Part shown: positions 37,107 to 47,304 of the stretch, piece after piece
Layout: each line of letters starts with the position of its first letter
How positions within the stretch are numbered: the stretch's first letter is position 1
NCBI GenBank assembly: GCA_016931575.1
Contig: JAFGEO010000004.1
Location: 172-64,171, forward strand
Length of the DNA: 64,000 nucleotides
DNA from: Bacteroidales bacterium
GTDB lineage: Bacteria; Bacteroidota; Bacteroidia; Bacteroidales; UBA10428
Direction: 5' to 3'
Notes under the pieces: generated by a model
The model's database searches: none
The model's input: the letters and a program-made list of their open reading frames with translations, nothing else
Told to the model about the DNA's origin: nothing
Translations under genes and position numbers: made by a program

Positions 37107-37481
37107 ATGGAACGCTTATTTGTCGAAGGAACCGAATATCTGCCCACGGTAGATTTCTCGTTAGATGGCAAGCTAAAACTGGAAGGAAAGGCCATTCCTG
37201 AAGATGCCGTAACTGTTTTCAGTCCACTTATTGCATTTGTGGATGCTCTGGAAGTTGACAGGGTACTGTTTGATATTAACCTGTATTACTTTAACACATC
37301 ATCTTCAAAGAAACTGATGGAAATGCTGCGTCATCTGGACGCAAACCAAAAAATTAACCATATTCAGGTAAACTGGCACTTCGAAGCAGGCGACGAAGAC
37401 AGTGTCGAGACAGCGGAGATTTATGAAGAATTGCTGTTCAGAACTGATTTCCGCTACCTGGAATATGCTGAAGCCGTTTAA
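37107..37481 (+). CDS. DUF1987 / SiaC-like protein
   Basis: 124 aa with 'TEYLPTVDFSLDGKLKLEGKAIPEDA', 'LYYFNTSSSKKL' and 'VNWHFEAGDEDS', the hallmark DUF1987 pattern. Confidence 0.8.
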   Translation: MERLFVEGTEYLPTVDFSLDGKLKLEGKAIPEDAVTVFSPLIAFVDALEVDRVLFDINLYYFNTSSSKKLMEMLRHLDANQKINHIQVNWHFEAGDEDSVETAEIYEELLFRTDFRYLEYAEAV

Positions 37482-37508
37482 TTCCCACAACTTCCATTCA
37501 TAATCCGT

Positions 37509-37545
37509 ATACGCTGGTGAATTTATTTGCCAGCGTATTTTTTTA
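37509..37545 (+). terminator. intrinsic terminator of the DUF1987 gene
   Basis: A 9-bp stem ATACGCTGG/CCAGCGTAT (37509-37517/37530-37538) with a 12-nt loop, followed by a T7 run. The right arm lies inside the last codons of the convergent carA. Confidence 0.65.
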
Positions 37546-38608
37546 CGGTATCCATAAACATGTCGAACAGAAACTCCGTATCGGTTGGTCCACTGGAAGC
37601 TTCCGGGTGGAACTGCGATGAAAAGAAAGGTTTGGATTTGTGTTGAACACCTTCATTGGTTTCATCGTTCAAATTGATAAACAGCGGTTCCCACTCGCCG
37701 GTTAAGGTATCGTTATCCGTTGCAAAACCATGATTTTGCGAGGTGATAAAGGATTTTACACCTCCAACCTGGATAACAGGTTGATTATGGCTTCTGTGCC
37801 CATATTTCAACTTGTAGGTATCTGCGCCGGATGCCAGAGCCATAAGCTGGTTCCCAAGGCATATACCATAAATCGGCTTATCTCCCTGGTAAGCTTTTTT
37901 GAGATTCTCAATCGTAACTGTACATTGTTTGGGATCACCGGGGCCATTTGAGATAAATAGGCCATCATATTCTTCCTGAGTGATATCCCAGTCCCAGGGT
38001 ACGGTAATTACCGTGGCATCGCGACTGATAAGGTTTCTGATGATGTTGTACTTAACCCCACAATCAATGAGGAGAATTTTGTATTTTCCGTTCCCAAAGA
38101 CTTTTCTTTCCCTGACAGACACCTGTGCCACCAGATTATCCCGATTCGGATCATAAAGCTCAACATCCTGATCCTGATAGACGATTTTCCCCAGCATGGT
38201 TCCCTTTTCCCTTAGAATCTTAGTCAACTCGCGGGTATCAATTCCATAGATTCCGGGAATTTTGAACTCTTTGAGCCAATCCCCAAGACTTTTTACAGCG
38301 TTCCAGTGGCTGTATTCTTCCGTATAGTCAGATACGATCAGTCCGGAGATATGCAGTGCATAGGATTCGTAGTGCCTGTAAAGGCCATCTGATTTTAAAT
38401 CCCCCGGCACCCCGTAATTCCCAATTAAAGGATAGGTCAGTACCAGAATCTGGCCTTTATATGAGGGATCCGTAAGACTTTCCGGATATCCGGTCATTGC
38501 TGTATTAAAAACCACTTCACCTGAAACAGATTCCGGGGATCCGAATGATTTTCCCGAAAATTCTGTTCCATCCTCGAGAATAAGTTTGATATTTCTAGTT
38601 GTTTCCAA
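37523..38608 (-). CDS. carA: carbamoyl-phosphate synthase small (glutaminase) subunit
   Basis: 361 aa with the catalytic 'GICLGNQLMA', 'QNHGFA' and 'QFHPEASSGP'. Confidence 0.95.
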   Translation of the reverse strand: METTRNIKLILEDGTEFSGKSFGSPESVSGEVVFNTAMTGYPESLTDPSYKGQILVLTYPLIGNYGVPGDLKSDGLYRHYESYALHISGLIVSDYTEEYSHWNAVKSLGDWLKEFKIPGIYGIDTRELTKILREKGTMLGKIVYQDQDVELYDPNRDNLVAQVSVRERKVFGNGKYKILLIDCGVKYNIIRNLISRDATVITVPWDWDITQEEYDGLFISNGPGDPKQCTVTIENLKKAYQGDKPIYGICLGNQLMALASGADTYKLKYGHRSHNQPVIQVGGVKSFITSQNHGFATDNDTLTGEWEPLFINLNDETNEGVQHKSKPFFSSQFHPEASSGPTDTEFLFDMFMDTVKKYAGK

Positions 38609-38622
38609 GTAATTTTTTTTTG

Positions 38623-40095
38623 TTAATTATCGATCCTGCTATTTTCTGCACTATAAGCCTTGATCAGTTCCAGTACCTGTTCAGGGCCAATTCTTTTTCC
38701 GATGATAATTTTATCCCGGTTCAAAACAAAAAACTGAGGCGTTGCGCGCACATCATATTTTATCTTATACTTATAGTCGTATGGATTCCAGGCATTCATC
38801 CAATCGTACAACTGATATTTATTCACAAAGTTGATCCATTCAACTTTGCCCTCCTCACCAAAAAGTGTACTTATTGAAACAACCTTCACCCCCAAAGTCT
38901 CAAGTTCCTGTTTATAGATAGAATAGAAATTCGGAACGACTTTTTTACAGTGGCTGCAGGAGGCTTCCCAGAAAATCAGCACGGTATATTCTGCCTGAAT
39001 ATCATTAATTTTCATTAATTCTCCGACGTGGGGATAGCGTTTCAGAGCAGAATCATTTTTAGCTGCCGGAAAATGATCCTTCGGAACAAATAAGAGCTCA
39101 ATATTGGGAGCAGGATTCCCAAGGATCAGAGGCTTTAGGGCGGCAACCCTTGTTACAAGTTCTTCCCGAAAATCATCATCTATCCACCAGGCTTTCTTAA
39201 GATAATATTCTTCAGCCAGGTGTACCTGTACAGCATCCAGACCCATAATCTTACTGTTCCCGTAATAATTAAACAGGGTCACCAATAAATACCTGAAAAG
39301 AACCGAATCCTGCATTGAACCATCCAGGAGGTAATCCACTTCCTTTATCAGCGTATCCGGGATCTGGTAAACTACCTTTTCCAGGTACTGCATAATCTTA
39401 TCCTCATAGACAGGTGTTCTCAAGAGCCTCCCGTCATGAGGATTAAAGTTATCGAAATAATGATCTTTGTAATACCTGTATTGCCAGTTCGAATCAATGG
39501 CCCCATCTTTTTTCCCCGGAGGGTCAGGCATCCTGATATCTAATGTTGAACGGAAAAACACACTAACAAAAAGATCCGGATGCCGGTTTAAAATGTCATC
39601 GATTTTCGCAACGCGTTCATCGGAGATCTTTTTAAGAGCCTTCTGAGCTTTTTCTTTTTCCTTGGTATTTTTTGCATGCTCCAGTTCTGCAGTAAGTACT
39701 TTTAGCTCCTGCCTTTTTGAAAGCATGTAACGTTGAAAGTCGAAGAAGATCCTGTTATCTTCAGATCCTTCAATAACTGCATGTTGAATAAAGTCCAGAG
39801 TGTCAGTAACAAGAGAGAAATCCTGGTCATCCCCAAGCAGAAATTCGAAGTACTTACCCGTTGGGAAATACAGAATATACATTCCGCCAGGAAGGGACTC
39901 TTTACCTTTGAAGGCTCCCTGTCCTTTGTCATCCAGGGTAAGGGTATCATCGGGGAAGATTGATTTATCCATGTAATGGGCAAGAATGATTTCCTGATTT
40001 TCCATGCCGCGTATCTGCAAGGAGATTTTATATCCCCTGGAATAGCCCGAAAATGAAAGAACGATCAAAATTACAAGGATCGATAATTTTCTCAT
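38623..40095 (-). CDS. thioredoxin-fold (TlpA/AhpC-like) protein with N-terminal DUF5106-like domain
   Basis: The CxxC motif is 'WEASCSHCKK'. I take the signal-peptide start at MRKLSILVILIVLSF (40095). Its stop is 14 nt upstream of the carA start. Confidence 0.8.
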   Translation of the reverse strand: MRKLSILVILIVLSFSGYSRGYKISLQIRGMENQEIILAHYMDKSIFPDDTLTLDDKGQGAFKGKESLPGGMYILYFPTGKYFEFLLGDDQDFSLVTDTLDFIQHAVIEGSEDNRIFFDFQRYMLSKRQELKVLTAELEHAKNTKEKEKAQKALKKISDERVAKIDDILNRHPDLFVSVFFRSTLDIRMPDPPGKKDGAIDSNWQYRYYKDHYFDNFNPHDGRLLRTPVYEDKIMQYLEKVVYQIPDTLIKEVDYLLDGSMQDSVLFRYLLVTLFNYYGNSKIMGLDAVQVHLAEEYYLKKAWWIDDDFREELVTRVAALKPLILGNPAPNIELLFVPKDHFPAAKNDSALKRYPHVGELMKINDIQAEYTVLIFWEASCSHCKKVVPNFYSIYKQELETLGVKVVSISTLFGEEGKVEWINFVNKYQLYDWMNAWNPYDYKYKIKYDVRATPQFFVLNRDKIIIGKRIGPEQVLELIKAYSAENSRIDN

Positions 40096-40252
40096 GGAAG
40101 GAGTCAAAAGCATCTTCTGTTTCTATACATGATTCAAGGCGCAAAATTAGTATAAAAATGCATATTCCGAAACAGATTAACAAGTCATTAAGATCTCTTA
40201 ACATAGCTTGTTTCTCCAGAAGTTCTATTTTTACATCCAAAAATTGTTTGAC

Positions 40253-41227
40253 ATGCTGAGTTATAAGGAAAGTCTGGGAATTATTGAGAAGAAGTTAGAA
40301 GAATTTTCTCTGAGCCGTCAACCTTCAGGATTGTACGAGCCTATTCGTTATATCCTTTCAATCGGAGGGAAGCGTATACGGCCCTGTCTGACGCTAATGT
40401 CCCATTCCATCTTCTCCGACGACCCTGAAAATGCTATTGCACCTGCCCTGGGGCTTGAGGTATTCCATAACTTCACCCTAATGCATGATGACATCATGGA
40501 CAATGCCGAAAAAAGAAGGAATTTTGAAACCGTCCATGTGAAGTGGAATAATAATACTGCCATTCTTTCCGGTGATGCCATGCTTATCATGGCTTATCAG
40601 TTAATAGCAAAAGCTCATCCACCAGTTTTATCAGAAATTCTTAATCTTTACAACCAGACGGCCCTGGAGGTCTGCGAGGGTCAGCAATACGATATGGATT
40701 TCGAAACAAGGAAACAGGTGAGTGTTGAAGACTACCTGGAAATGATCCGTTTGAAAACAGCGGTCCTGCTGGCTGCCTCCCTGTCTGCCGGAGCAATTCT
40801 TGCCGAAGCTTCAAGAGAGAACAGCCGGCTGCTGTATCAGGTTGGACAATCCCTTGGTATCGGATTCCAACTCCAGGATGATTACCTGGATGTTTTTGCG
40901 GAAGATGAAGCTTTCGGGAAGGCTATCGGGAACGACATCCTTTCCAACAAAAAAACATATTTAATGCTTAGCGCACTGCAATCAGGAAATACCGGGCTGG
41001 TAAAAAGGCTGGAAAGTTGGATTGCAAAGAAGGATTTTGATCCTGCAGAGAAAATTAAATCGGTTCAGGAAATATACCGGGAACTGAACATCGGTGAAAA
41101 GACCCTGGAAATATCCCGGGAGTATTTCAACCGGGGACTGCAATACCTGCAACAGCTTGCAGCCCCGGAAGGTAAAAAAGTTGAACTTATTGAGTTTGCT
41201 CGTTTTCTGGCGAGTCGGAGTTTCTAG
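40253..41227 (+). CDS. polyprenyl diphosphate synthase
   Basis: The Asp-rich motifs are 'LMHDDIMD' and 'QDDYLD'. I prefer the ATG at 40253 (MLSYKESLG) over the TTG at 40208. Confidence 0.9.
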   Translation: MLSYKESLGIIEKKLEEFSLSRQPSGLYEPIRYILSIGGKRIRPCLTLMSHSIFSDDPENAIAPALGLEVFHNFTLMHDDIMDNAEKRRNFETVHVKWNNNTAILSGDAMLIMAYQLIAKAHPPVLSEILNLYNQTALEVCEGQQYDMDFETRKQVSVEDYLEMIRLKTAVLLAASLSAGAILAEASRENSRLLYQVGQSLGIGFQLQDDYLDVFAEDEAFGKAIGNDILSNKKTYLMLSALQSGNTGLVKRLESWIAKKDFDPAEKIKSVQEIYRELNIGEKTLEISREYFNRGLQYLQQLAAPEGKKVELIEFARFLASRSF

Positions 41228-44200
41228 CCGGCTCGCGGTACAAGAATTGATCCAGGTACTCCTCAATAAGGTTCTTACTCTCCGGATAGGGGAGAAACAG
41301 TTTATGCAGCAAACCCTGTGTACTGGTTTCCTGAGTTATTCCCATCCGGCCATCATGCCTCATAAATTCCATATACAGATTTGACAGAGACCTCAGGATA
41401 TCCGAATATTCCGCTCTCAGTGTTTTCTGTGGACTTTCCATTGTACTGAAGTACTTCAGGTCGTCATTAATCATTTTCACCGTCATGTCTCCGTATTTCA
41501 TAGCTTTTTCAGGATTAACTCTCAGATAGGCAAGCGTCATCATCATCTGGAGATCGTACTCCATTATGATCCGGAAAGGTCCGGTCACTGCTATCCCTTT
41601 ATCCAAAACCTTTTCAGCTTTCTCAAGCTCTCCCTTATAGATAAGATCCATTGCCAGGTAATAGAATGGAGCTCCCAGAACCCTAAGGTTATTCCGATGG
41701 AATACATCCAGGTAAACATCAGGATCGTTGGAGTTTTTAAACGTGAATTTATTCATCACATTATCGTACATCACATTTGTTGCGATGTTGCTTACTGTAT
41801 CGTTAACTGTACTGATAGGAACAAACTGGTAGGCGAGTCCCTCCTGCCTGACATAGTCTTCCAAACCAAATTCACTGAGGTAGCCGGGATTAACAAAATA
41901 TACCGGCCGTTTCCAGTTGTTACTTGCCAGGATATCGAGGATAATCAGGTTTTGGCGTGTCATCTGTCGCATGGTCAGAGTACCTTCAACCCTGTCAACC
42001 ATGAGATTCCGGTCTTCCTCAGGTACAATATCCGTAGTTACATCGGCGGGATTAACCGGAATGATAAATTTCTGTGTTGGCAGGATATCATAAGGATGTC
42101 CTTCCCCGAAGTAATCCCATTTCCTGTCTTTATTCGGTTTGCTAACCCAATTGTCGATGAGTTCCTTAAGAGGTGTGAAATCTTCATACTTCACATACTT
42201 ACCTTCGGAAGCTAACTGAGGATTAATATTGAAAAGAATCCATTTTAACTGTCTGGCTCTTGCTGAGGTGGTTGTATCCAGGAATGGACGGGTGACTTCT
42301 CCTTCCCGGGGAATAATAAAATCGTTTGTATCCAATACAATTGTGATGGCCTTCCTGTCGCCCATATAGAGGTCTGATGGGATACTGATGGGAAGCGTAT
42401 CAGACTTAAAAGCCTTCTGCCGCATCTGATCGATGTAATCATCATCATACAGCAAGGCAGTATTTACGACCCTGATATCGGTACGGATCCCTTCAACCTG
42501 TTGCGCATACCACAAGGGATACGTATCATTATCCCCGTGGGTAAACAGAATGGCGTTCGGAGCACAGGAGTTGAGGTAATTGCGTGCAGTTTCCCTGGTC
42601 ATATACCTTCCGGAACGATCGTGGTCATCCCAATTCTCCTTTGCCATATTGGCGGGAACGAGAATCAGGCATGCCCCGGCAATAGCAGATGCAACCGGCA
42701 GGTTCTTTCCTTTTTCTCCAATAATGTTAATCAATCCCAGGACTCCAAGGCCGATCCAGATGGCAAAGGCATAGAAGGAACCAGCATAGGCATAATCCCT
42801 CTCCCTGGGCTGAAATGGAGGCTGATTCAGGTAAATCACAATGGCAATGCCCGTCATAAAAAATAACATGGCAACAACTGAAAAGTCCTTTTTATGTTTT
42901 GAAGCCTGAAAGTAGATGCCCAGCAAACCTAACAGGAGGGGCAACAGGTAGTAGGTATTGCGGGATGGATGGTCCTTTTGAGCCTGTGGCAGTTTTGTCA
43001 TATCACCGCCAATATGAGCGTTATCAACCGTATTTAATCCGGAAATCCAGTTGCCCCTAAGAGGGCCTCCGTCACCCTGTTCATCATTTTGGCGTCCAGC
43101 AAAATTCCACATAAAATAGCGAAAGTACATGTGCCCGATCTGATAACGGAAGAAATATTTCAGATTGTCACCAAAAGAAATTTTAAAGTCTTTTGGTGCA
43201 CTGTATACATATTGCTTCTTTCCGTCCTTTCCAGTAATTGAATAATAGAGGTCATCCATATTCAGATCGGCCCATTTTACATATCCTGCCACATGATTGG
43301 GCTGGCCAGTCTGAGAACTCCACATCCTTGGAAAAAGCGTAAGATCTTCACTTTTGTAGGTAGCCTCAGTTTTGTAATCAGTAGCCAGGTATTTACCCTC
43401 AACCTGAGAATATTTAGCCCGAAGGGTATCCCTTCCTGTAGGACGGCTGTTGAAATAAGGTCCTTTGAGTTTTGGATAATCGCCATATTGCTCCCTGTTC
43501 AGATACGAAAGAAGGGTAAACACATTTTCGGGATTATTCATGTCCAATGGCGGATTGGCCCGGGAACGAATAACTGTCATCGCAAAAGAGGAATACCCTA
43601 TCAGAATTACTGCAAGAGTCAGAAGAATGGTGTTAAGCAGTGGCATACTTTTCTTATGGGTAAGCCAAATACCATAAATTATCCCCGCGATGATCAGTGC
43701 AACAAAAAACAGAACTCCAGTATTAAATGGCAATCCAAAGCCGTTTACAAACATTAGTTCGAACATTCCGGCAAGCCAGACAACGCCAGGAATAATCAGC
43801 ATGACGGCCCCCAAAATTGCTGTTGAAATGGCCAAAGCCCAAAATATACCCTTCCTGGTATAGGTATATTTCTTAAAGTAGTATACCATGCCGATCGCCG
43901 GGATGGCCAGCAAATTCAGCAAGTGTACCCCAATCGATAATCCCATCATATAGGCGATAAAGATTAACCAACGGTTTGCATATTTCTCATCGGCTTCATT
44001 CTCCCATTTCAGAATAGCCCAAAAAACCACAGCAGTAAACAGGGAGGAACTTGCATAAACTTCTCCTTCCACGGCTGAAAACCAGAATGTATCCGAGAAT
44101 GTGTAGGCGAGTGCACCAACAAGGGAACTTCCAAGAATAGCAACCATTTGCCAGGTTTTTGGTTCATCTCCCGGTTTTACCAGTTTAATTGCTAAATGGG

Positions 44201-44495
44201 TAATGGTCCAGAAAAGGAACAGGATGGTAAATGCACTTGCCAGAGCCGAGAAAGCATTCACCATTAGGGCAATTTTTGTAACATCATTGATTGCAAAAAG
44301 AGTAAAGAATCTGGCAATGATCATAAATACCGGTGCACCTGGTGAGTGCATAACCTGCAACTTGTTAGAGCTTGCAATAAATTCACCACAATCCCATAAA
44401 CTGGCAGTGGACTCAATGGTTAAAAGGTATACAATGGCTGCGATGACAAATACTCCCCATCCCAGAACTCTGTTATAGAATTTCAAGGTTTTCAT
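41187..44495 (-). CDS. DUF2723-family large membrane protein (GT-C-like glycosyltransferase candidate) with helical C-terminal domain
   Basis: 1102 aa with 'SLWDCGEFIASS' near the N-terminus, at least 10 TM spans, and a soluble C-terminal half. Its 3' end overlaps the convergent polyprenyl synthase gene by 41 nt. Confidence 0.85.
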   Translation of the reverse strand: MKTLKFYNRVLGWGVFVIAAIVYLLTIESTASLWDCGEFIASSNKLQVMHSPGAPVFMIIARFFTLFAINDVTKIALMVNAFSALASAFTILFLFWTITHLAIKLVKPGDEPKTWQMVAILGSSLVGALAYTFSDTFWFSAVEGEVYASSSLFTAVVFWAILKWENEADEKYANRWLIFIAYMMGLSIGVHLLNLLAIPAIGMVYYFKKYTYTRKGIFWALAISTAILGAVMLIIPGVVWLAGMFELMFVNGFGLPFNTGVLFFVALIIAGIIYGIWLTHKKSMPLLNTILLTLAVILIGYSSFAMTVIRSRANPPLDMNNPENVFTLLSYLNREQYGDYPKLKGPYFNSRPTGRDTLRAKYSQVEGKYLATDYKTEATYKSEDLTLFPRMWSSQTGQPNHVAGYVKWADLNMDDLYYSITGKDGKKQYVYSAPKDFKISFGDNLKYFFRYQIGHMYFRYFMWNFAGRQNDEQGDGGPLRGNWISGLNTVDNAHIGGDMTKLPQAQKDHPSRNTYYLLPLLLGLLGIYFQASKHKKDFSVVAMLFFMTGIAIVIYLNQPPFQPRERDYAYAGSFYAFAIWIGLGVLGLINIIGEKGKNLPVASAIAGACLILVPANMAKENWDDHDRSGRYMTRETARNYLNSCAPNAILFTHGDNDTYPLWYAQQVEGIRTDIRVVNTALLYDDDYIDQMRQKAFKSDTLPISIPSDLYMGDRKAITIVLDTNDFIIPREGEVTRPFLDTTTSARARQLKWILFNINPQLASEGKYVKYEDFTPLKELIDNWVSKPNKDRKWDYFGEGHPYDILPTQKFIIPVNPADVTTDIVPEEDRNLMVDRVEGTLTMRQMTRQNLIILDILASNNWKRPVYFVNPGYLSEFGLEDYVRQEGLAYQFVPISTVNDTVSNIATNVMYDNVMNKFTFKNSNDPDVYLDVFHRNNLRVLGAPFYYLAMDLIYKGELEKAEKVLDKGIAVTGPFRIIMEYDLQMMMTLAYLRVNPEKAMKYGDMTVKMINDDLKYFSTMESPQKTLRAEYSDILRSLSNLYMEFMRHDGRMGITQETSTQGLLHKLFLPYPESKNLIEEYLDQFLYREPARNSDSPENEQTQ

Positions 44496-44717
44496 TTGTA
44501 GCTTTCTTAATTCAAAAGTTTTAAAAGGCCTCTAAGATAATGAATTTATCCTCGCCGCAAGATATATATCCCGGAGCGTTAGGGAAATTGGTATTAAAAA
44601 ATGTTAAGGTAATCAGATATAGACAATTAGGACGAGAACATCATGGCAAATTCGGTTTCCGAAGGACCTGTGCCAGATAAGAAAAAGGATTTAAAACCAG
44701 TTGCATGCCGATTCGGT

Positions 44718-45365
44718 TCAGTTGAACCATCCAAATTTAAATGTGAGGTAAACCGAAGGTTTTAAAAAATCAGAAACCTCGTAAGGAGTCTGGATGATTC
44801 CATTGCCGCTTACCAGGCTGGTACTTCCTCCAATTCCGACTTTAAAAAAATGAGAGAGATTCATTTCCAGTTCAATGATTGGGGTAAGAACAAATACAGA
44901 TTCACTACTGATGGGATCATAATCATAGGAGTACTCAACCTGGGAGATCTCTCCCCAGCCAAACTGGGTGGAAACAGACAAGTGAACCGGCCTTTTTCTT
45001 GCAAGTATAAAACCTGTCCACAAGCCACCATGACCGAATTCGATATTATACCGGATCCCAGGAATATCAGAAGTACTTGCTGAATTCTTATAAACAACCG
45101 GTGTTGTCAGCCCGACACCATAACCTCCAAAAAAGAAATTATTGACGATTACTCCACCTCCACCCCCCATGTAGTGGGCAAAATTATCCCCTATCGCTGA
45201 AAACGCCATTTGCGGGCCACCGAATCCACTTATAAACAGGTCCCCCTTCTCCCGGTGAAATACGGTTTCGAATTCCCGGTCTGTTTCACCCCCGGTATAC
45301 TCGTCCTGGGCGAACAGAGCAATCCTGGCAAAAAGGAACAGCAAAATAAAAATCAAATTTTTCAT
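44718..45365 (-). CDS. small outer-membrane beta-barrel protein (hypothetical)
   Basis: I take the start at MKNLIFILLFLFARIALFAQ (signal peptide, 45365). It has Gly/aromatic-rich alternating strands and ends 'LTFKFGWFN'. Confidence 0.6.
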   Translation of the reverse strand: MKNLIFILLFLFARIALFAQDEYTGGETDREFETVFHREKGDLFISGFGGPQMAFSAIGDNFAHYMGGGGGVIVNNFFFGGYGVGLTTPVVYKNSASTSDIPGIRYNIEFGHGGLWTGFILARKRPVHLSVSTQFGWGEISQVEYSYDYDPISSESVFVLTPIIELEMNLSHFFKVGIGGSTSLVSGNGIIQTPYEVSDFLKPSVYLTFKFGWFN

Positions 45366-45475
45366 CGCTAAACAATTTACCGGTAATCTACTCCAAGTGA
45401 CACCAAGATTCTCAAATGGTTGCACGGAGGCTGCCTAGTTACGCGGAAATAATTCCTGATACCCCCGATTCGCAG

Positions 45476-46525
45476 TTATAGTATCAACATGGCATCGCCA
45501 TAGGTTCCAAATCTGTACTTCTCCTTTATGGCCACCTTATAGGCTTCAAAAAGATAATCATAACCTGCAAACGCAGAAACGGACATCAATAAGGTAGAAA
45601 GCGGTAGGTGGAAATTTGATATCATGCTTGAAGGTACACTAAACTCATAGGGGGGAAAAATGAATTTGTTGGTCCAGCCATCATATTCTTTAAGATATCC
45701 CTGAGTAGATACAGAGCTCTCAAGAGTCCTCATTACAGTAGTTCCAACAGCACAAACCTGTTTTTTATTATCTTTTGCATTGTTAACAATATCAACAGCT
45801 TTGGAAGGAATAATGATCCGCTCCGAATCCATTTTATGTTTTGTAAGGTCTTCAACATCTACCGTTCTGAAATTTCCAAGACCAACGTGTAAAGTAATCT
45901 CTGCAAAATCAATTCCTTTAATTTCCAGTCTTTTCATGAGTTCCCGGCTAAAATGCAACCCAGCTGTTGGAGCAGCGACCGCACCTTCATGTTTAGCAAA
46001 AATTGTTTGATAGCGTTCCTTATCTTCGGGCTGGACTTCGCGTTTAATGAATTTTGGTAGCGGAGTTTCACCCAGGCTGTAGAGGGTTTTTTTAAATTCT
46101 TCATAGTCCCCTTCGAATAAAAACCGTAAGGTACGTCCCCTGGAGGTTGTATTATCAATAACCTCGGCAACAAGTAAATCGTCTTCTCCAAAGTACAGCT
46201 TATTGCCGATCCTTATTTTTCGCGCCGGATCAACCAGCACATCCCAAAGGCGCTGTTCTTTATTCAATTCTCTAAGCAGGAATACTTCGATCTCCGCACC
46301 GGTTTTCTCTTTGTTCCCATACAATCTCGCCGGGAAGACTTTGGTATTGTTGAATACCATAACATCCTGAACATTAAAATATTCAATGATATCCTTAAAG
46401 ATTCTATGCTGAATGGAACCATCCTTCCGGTTCAAAACCATAAGTTTGGATTCATCCCGGGTATCTGCCGGATATTTTGCGATAAGGTCCTCAGGTAATA
46501 CGTACTTGTATTGGGATAATTTCAT
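45476..46525 (-). CDS. queA: S-adenosylmethionine:tRNA ribosyltransferase-isomerase
   Basis: 349 aa with '[19 protein letters not shown]' and 'AAPTAGLHF'. Confidence 0.95.
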   Translation of the reverse strand: MKLSQYKYVLPEDLIAKYPADTRDESKLMVLNRKDGSIQHRIFKDIIEYFNVQDVMVFNNTKVFPARLYGNKEKTGAEIEVFLLRELNKEQRLWDVLVDPARKIRIGNKLYFGEDDLLVAEVIDNTTSRGRTLRFLFEGDYEEFKKTLYSLGETPLPKFIKREVQPEDKERYQTIFAKHEGAVAAPTAGLHFSRELMKRLEIKGIDFAEITLHVGLGNFRTVDVEDLTKHKMDSERIIIPSKAVDIVNNAKDNKKQVCAVGTTVMRTLESSVSTQGYLKEYDGWTNKFIFPPYEFSVPSSMISNFHLPLSTLLMSVSAFAGYDYLFEAYKVAIKEKYRFGTYGDAMLIL

Positions 46526-46590
46526 GATTAAAGGTGATTTATATATTGTTTTATTTGGAACGTCCGTTATACGTAAGAAATGCTCATTAG

Positions 46591-47295
46591 TTACGGAAAG
46601 TTCAATTTTTTTTGGAAATTTTCAAGAGTCTCAGCCTGTTCTACCTTGTAAGATCCAATAGCTGTCCTGCGAAGATTGGAAAGATGTGCCCCTGAACCAA
46701 GCCTGGCACCCAGGTCACGGGCCAATGATCTTATATAGGTCCCTTTGCTGCACCTGATGTTCAGGAGGATCACCGGAAGGTCAAATTTTAAAACGTCCAT
46801 GTCATAAATTTCAACTTCAACGGCTTTCATTTCCTTTTGAATTCCTTCCCTGGCAAATTCATAGGCTCTTACCCCATTGAATTTTTTTGCTGAAAACACA
46901 GGAGGAATCTGTTCAATTCTTCCTTTCAGTTCCATAATTTTTTCTTCGAGCAAGGAAGGGCTTATATGCTCATAGTCGTATCGCTTGTCAATCTCAGTTT
47001 CCAGATCGAATGAAGGAGTGGATGCCCCAAAAGTTATTTCTGCCAGGTATTCTTTAGGCATTTGCTGGATCCCCTCAATTTGTTTGGTTGCCTTGCCTAC
47101 ACATAGGATAAGCAAACCTGTGGCCAGAGGATCAAGGGTCCCTGCATGGCCTACCTTTAATTTCTTTATTCCTGCATTCCTGCATAACTCCCGGCGAATT
47201 TTGTTTACCAAATCAAAAGAAGTCCAATCACGAGGTTTGTCGAAGGGCAGGATCATCCCGGCTTTAAGTGATTCTTCTGTGAAGGTTTCGCTCAT
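46591..47295 (-). CDS. truB: tRNA pseudouridine(55) synthase
   Basis: 234 aa with the catalytic motif '[12 protein letters not shown]'. Confidence 0.95.
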   Translation of the reverse strand: MSETFTEESLKAGMILPFDKPRDWTSFDLVNKIRRELCRNAGIKKLKVGHAGTLDPLATGLLILCVGKATKQIEGIQQMPKEYLAEITFGASTPSFDLETEIDKRYDYEHISPSLLEEKIMELKGRIEQIPPVFSAKKFNGVRAYEFAREGIQKEMKAVEVEIYDMDVLKFDLPVILLNIRCSKGTYIRSLARDLGARLGSGAHLSNLRRTAIGSYKVEQAETLENFQKKLNFP

Positions 47296-47304
47296 TCGGA
47301 AATA

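Noticed and set aside
40149-40162. AGTATaaaaATGCA considered as an ArgR site for the trx-like-carA unit.
   Set aside because: Only 7 of 10 core positions match, the dyad symmetry is poor and it is a single copy. That is too weak to call as a feature.
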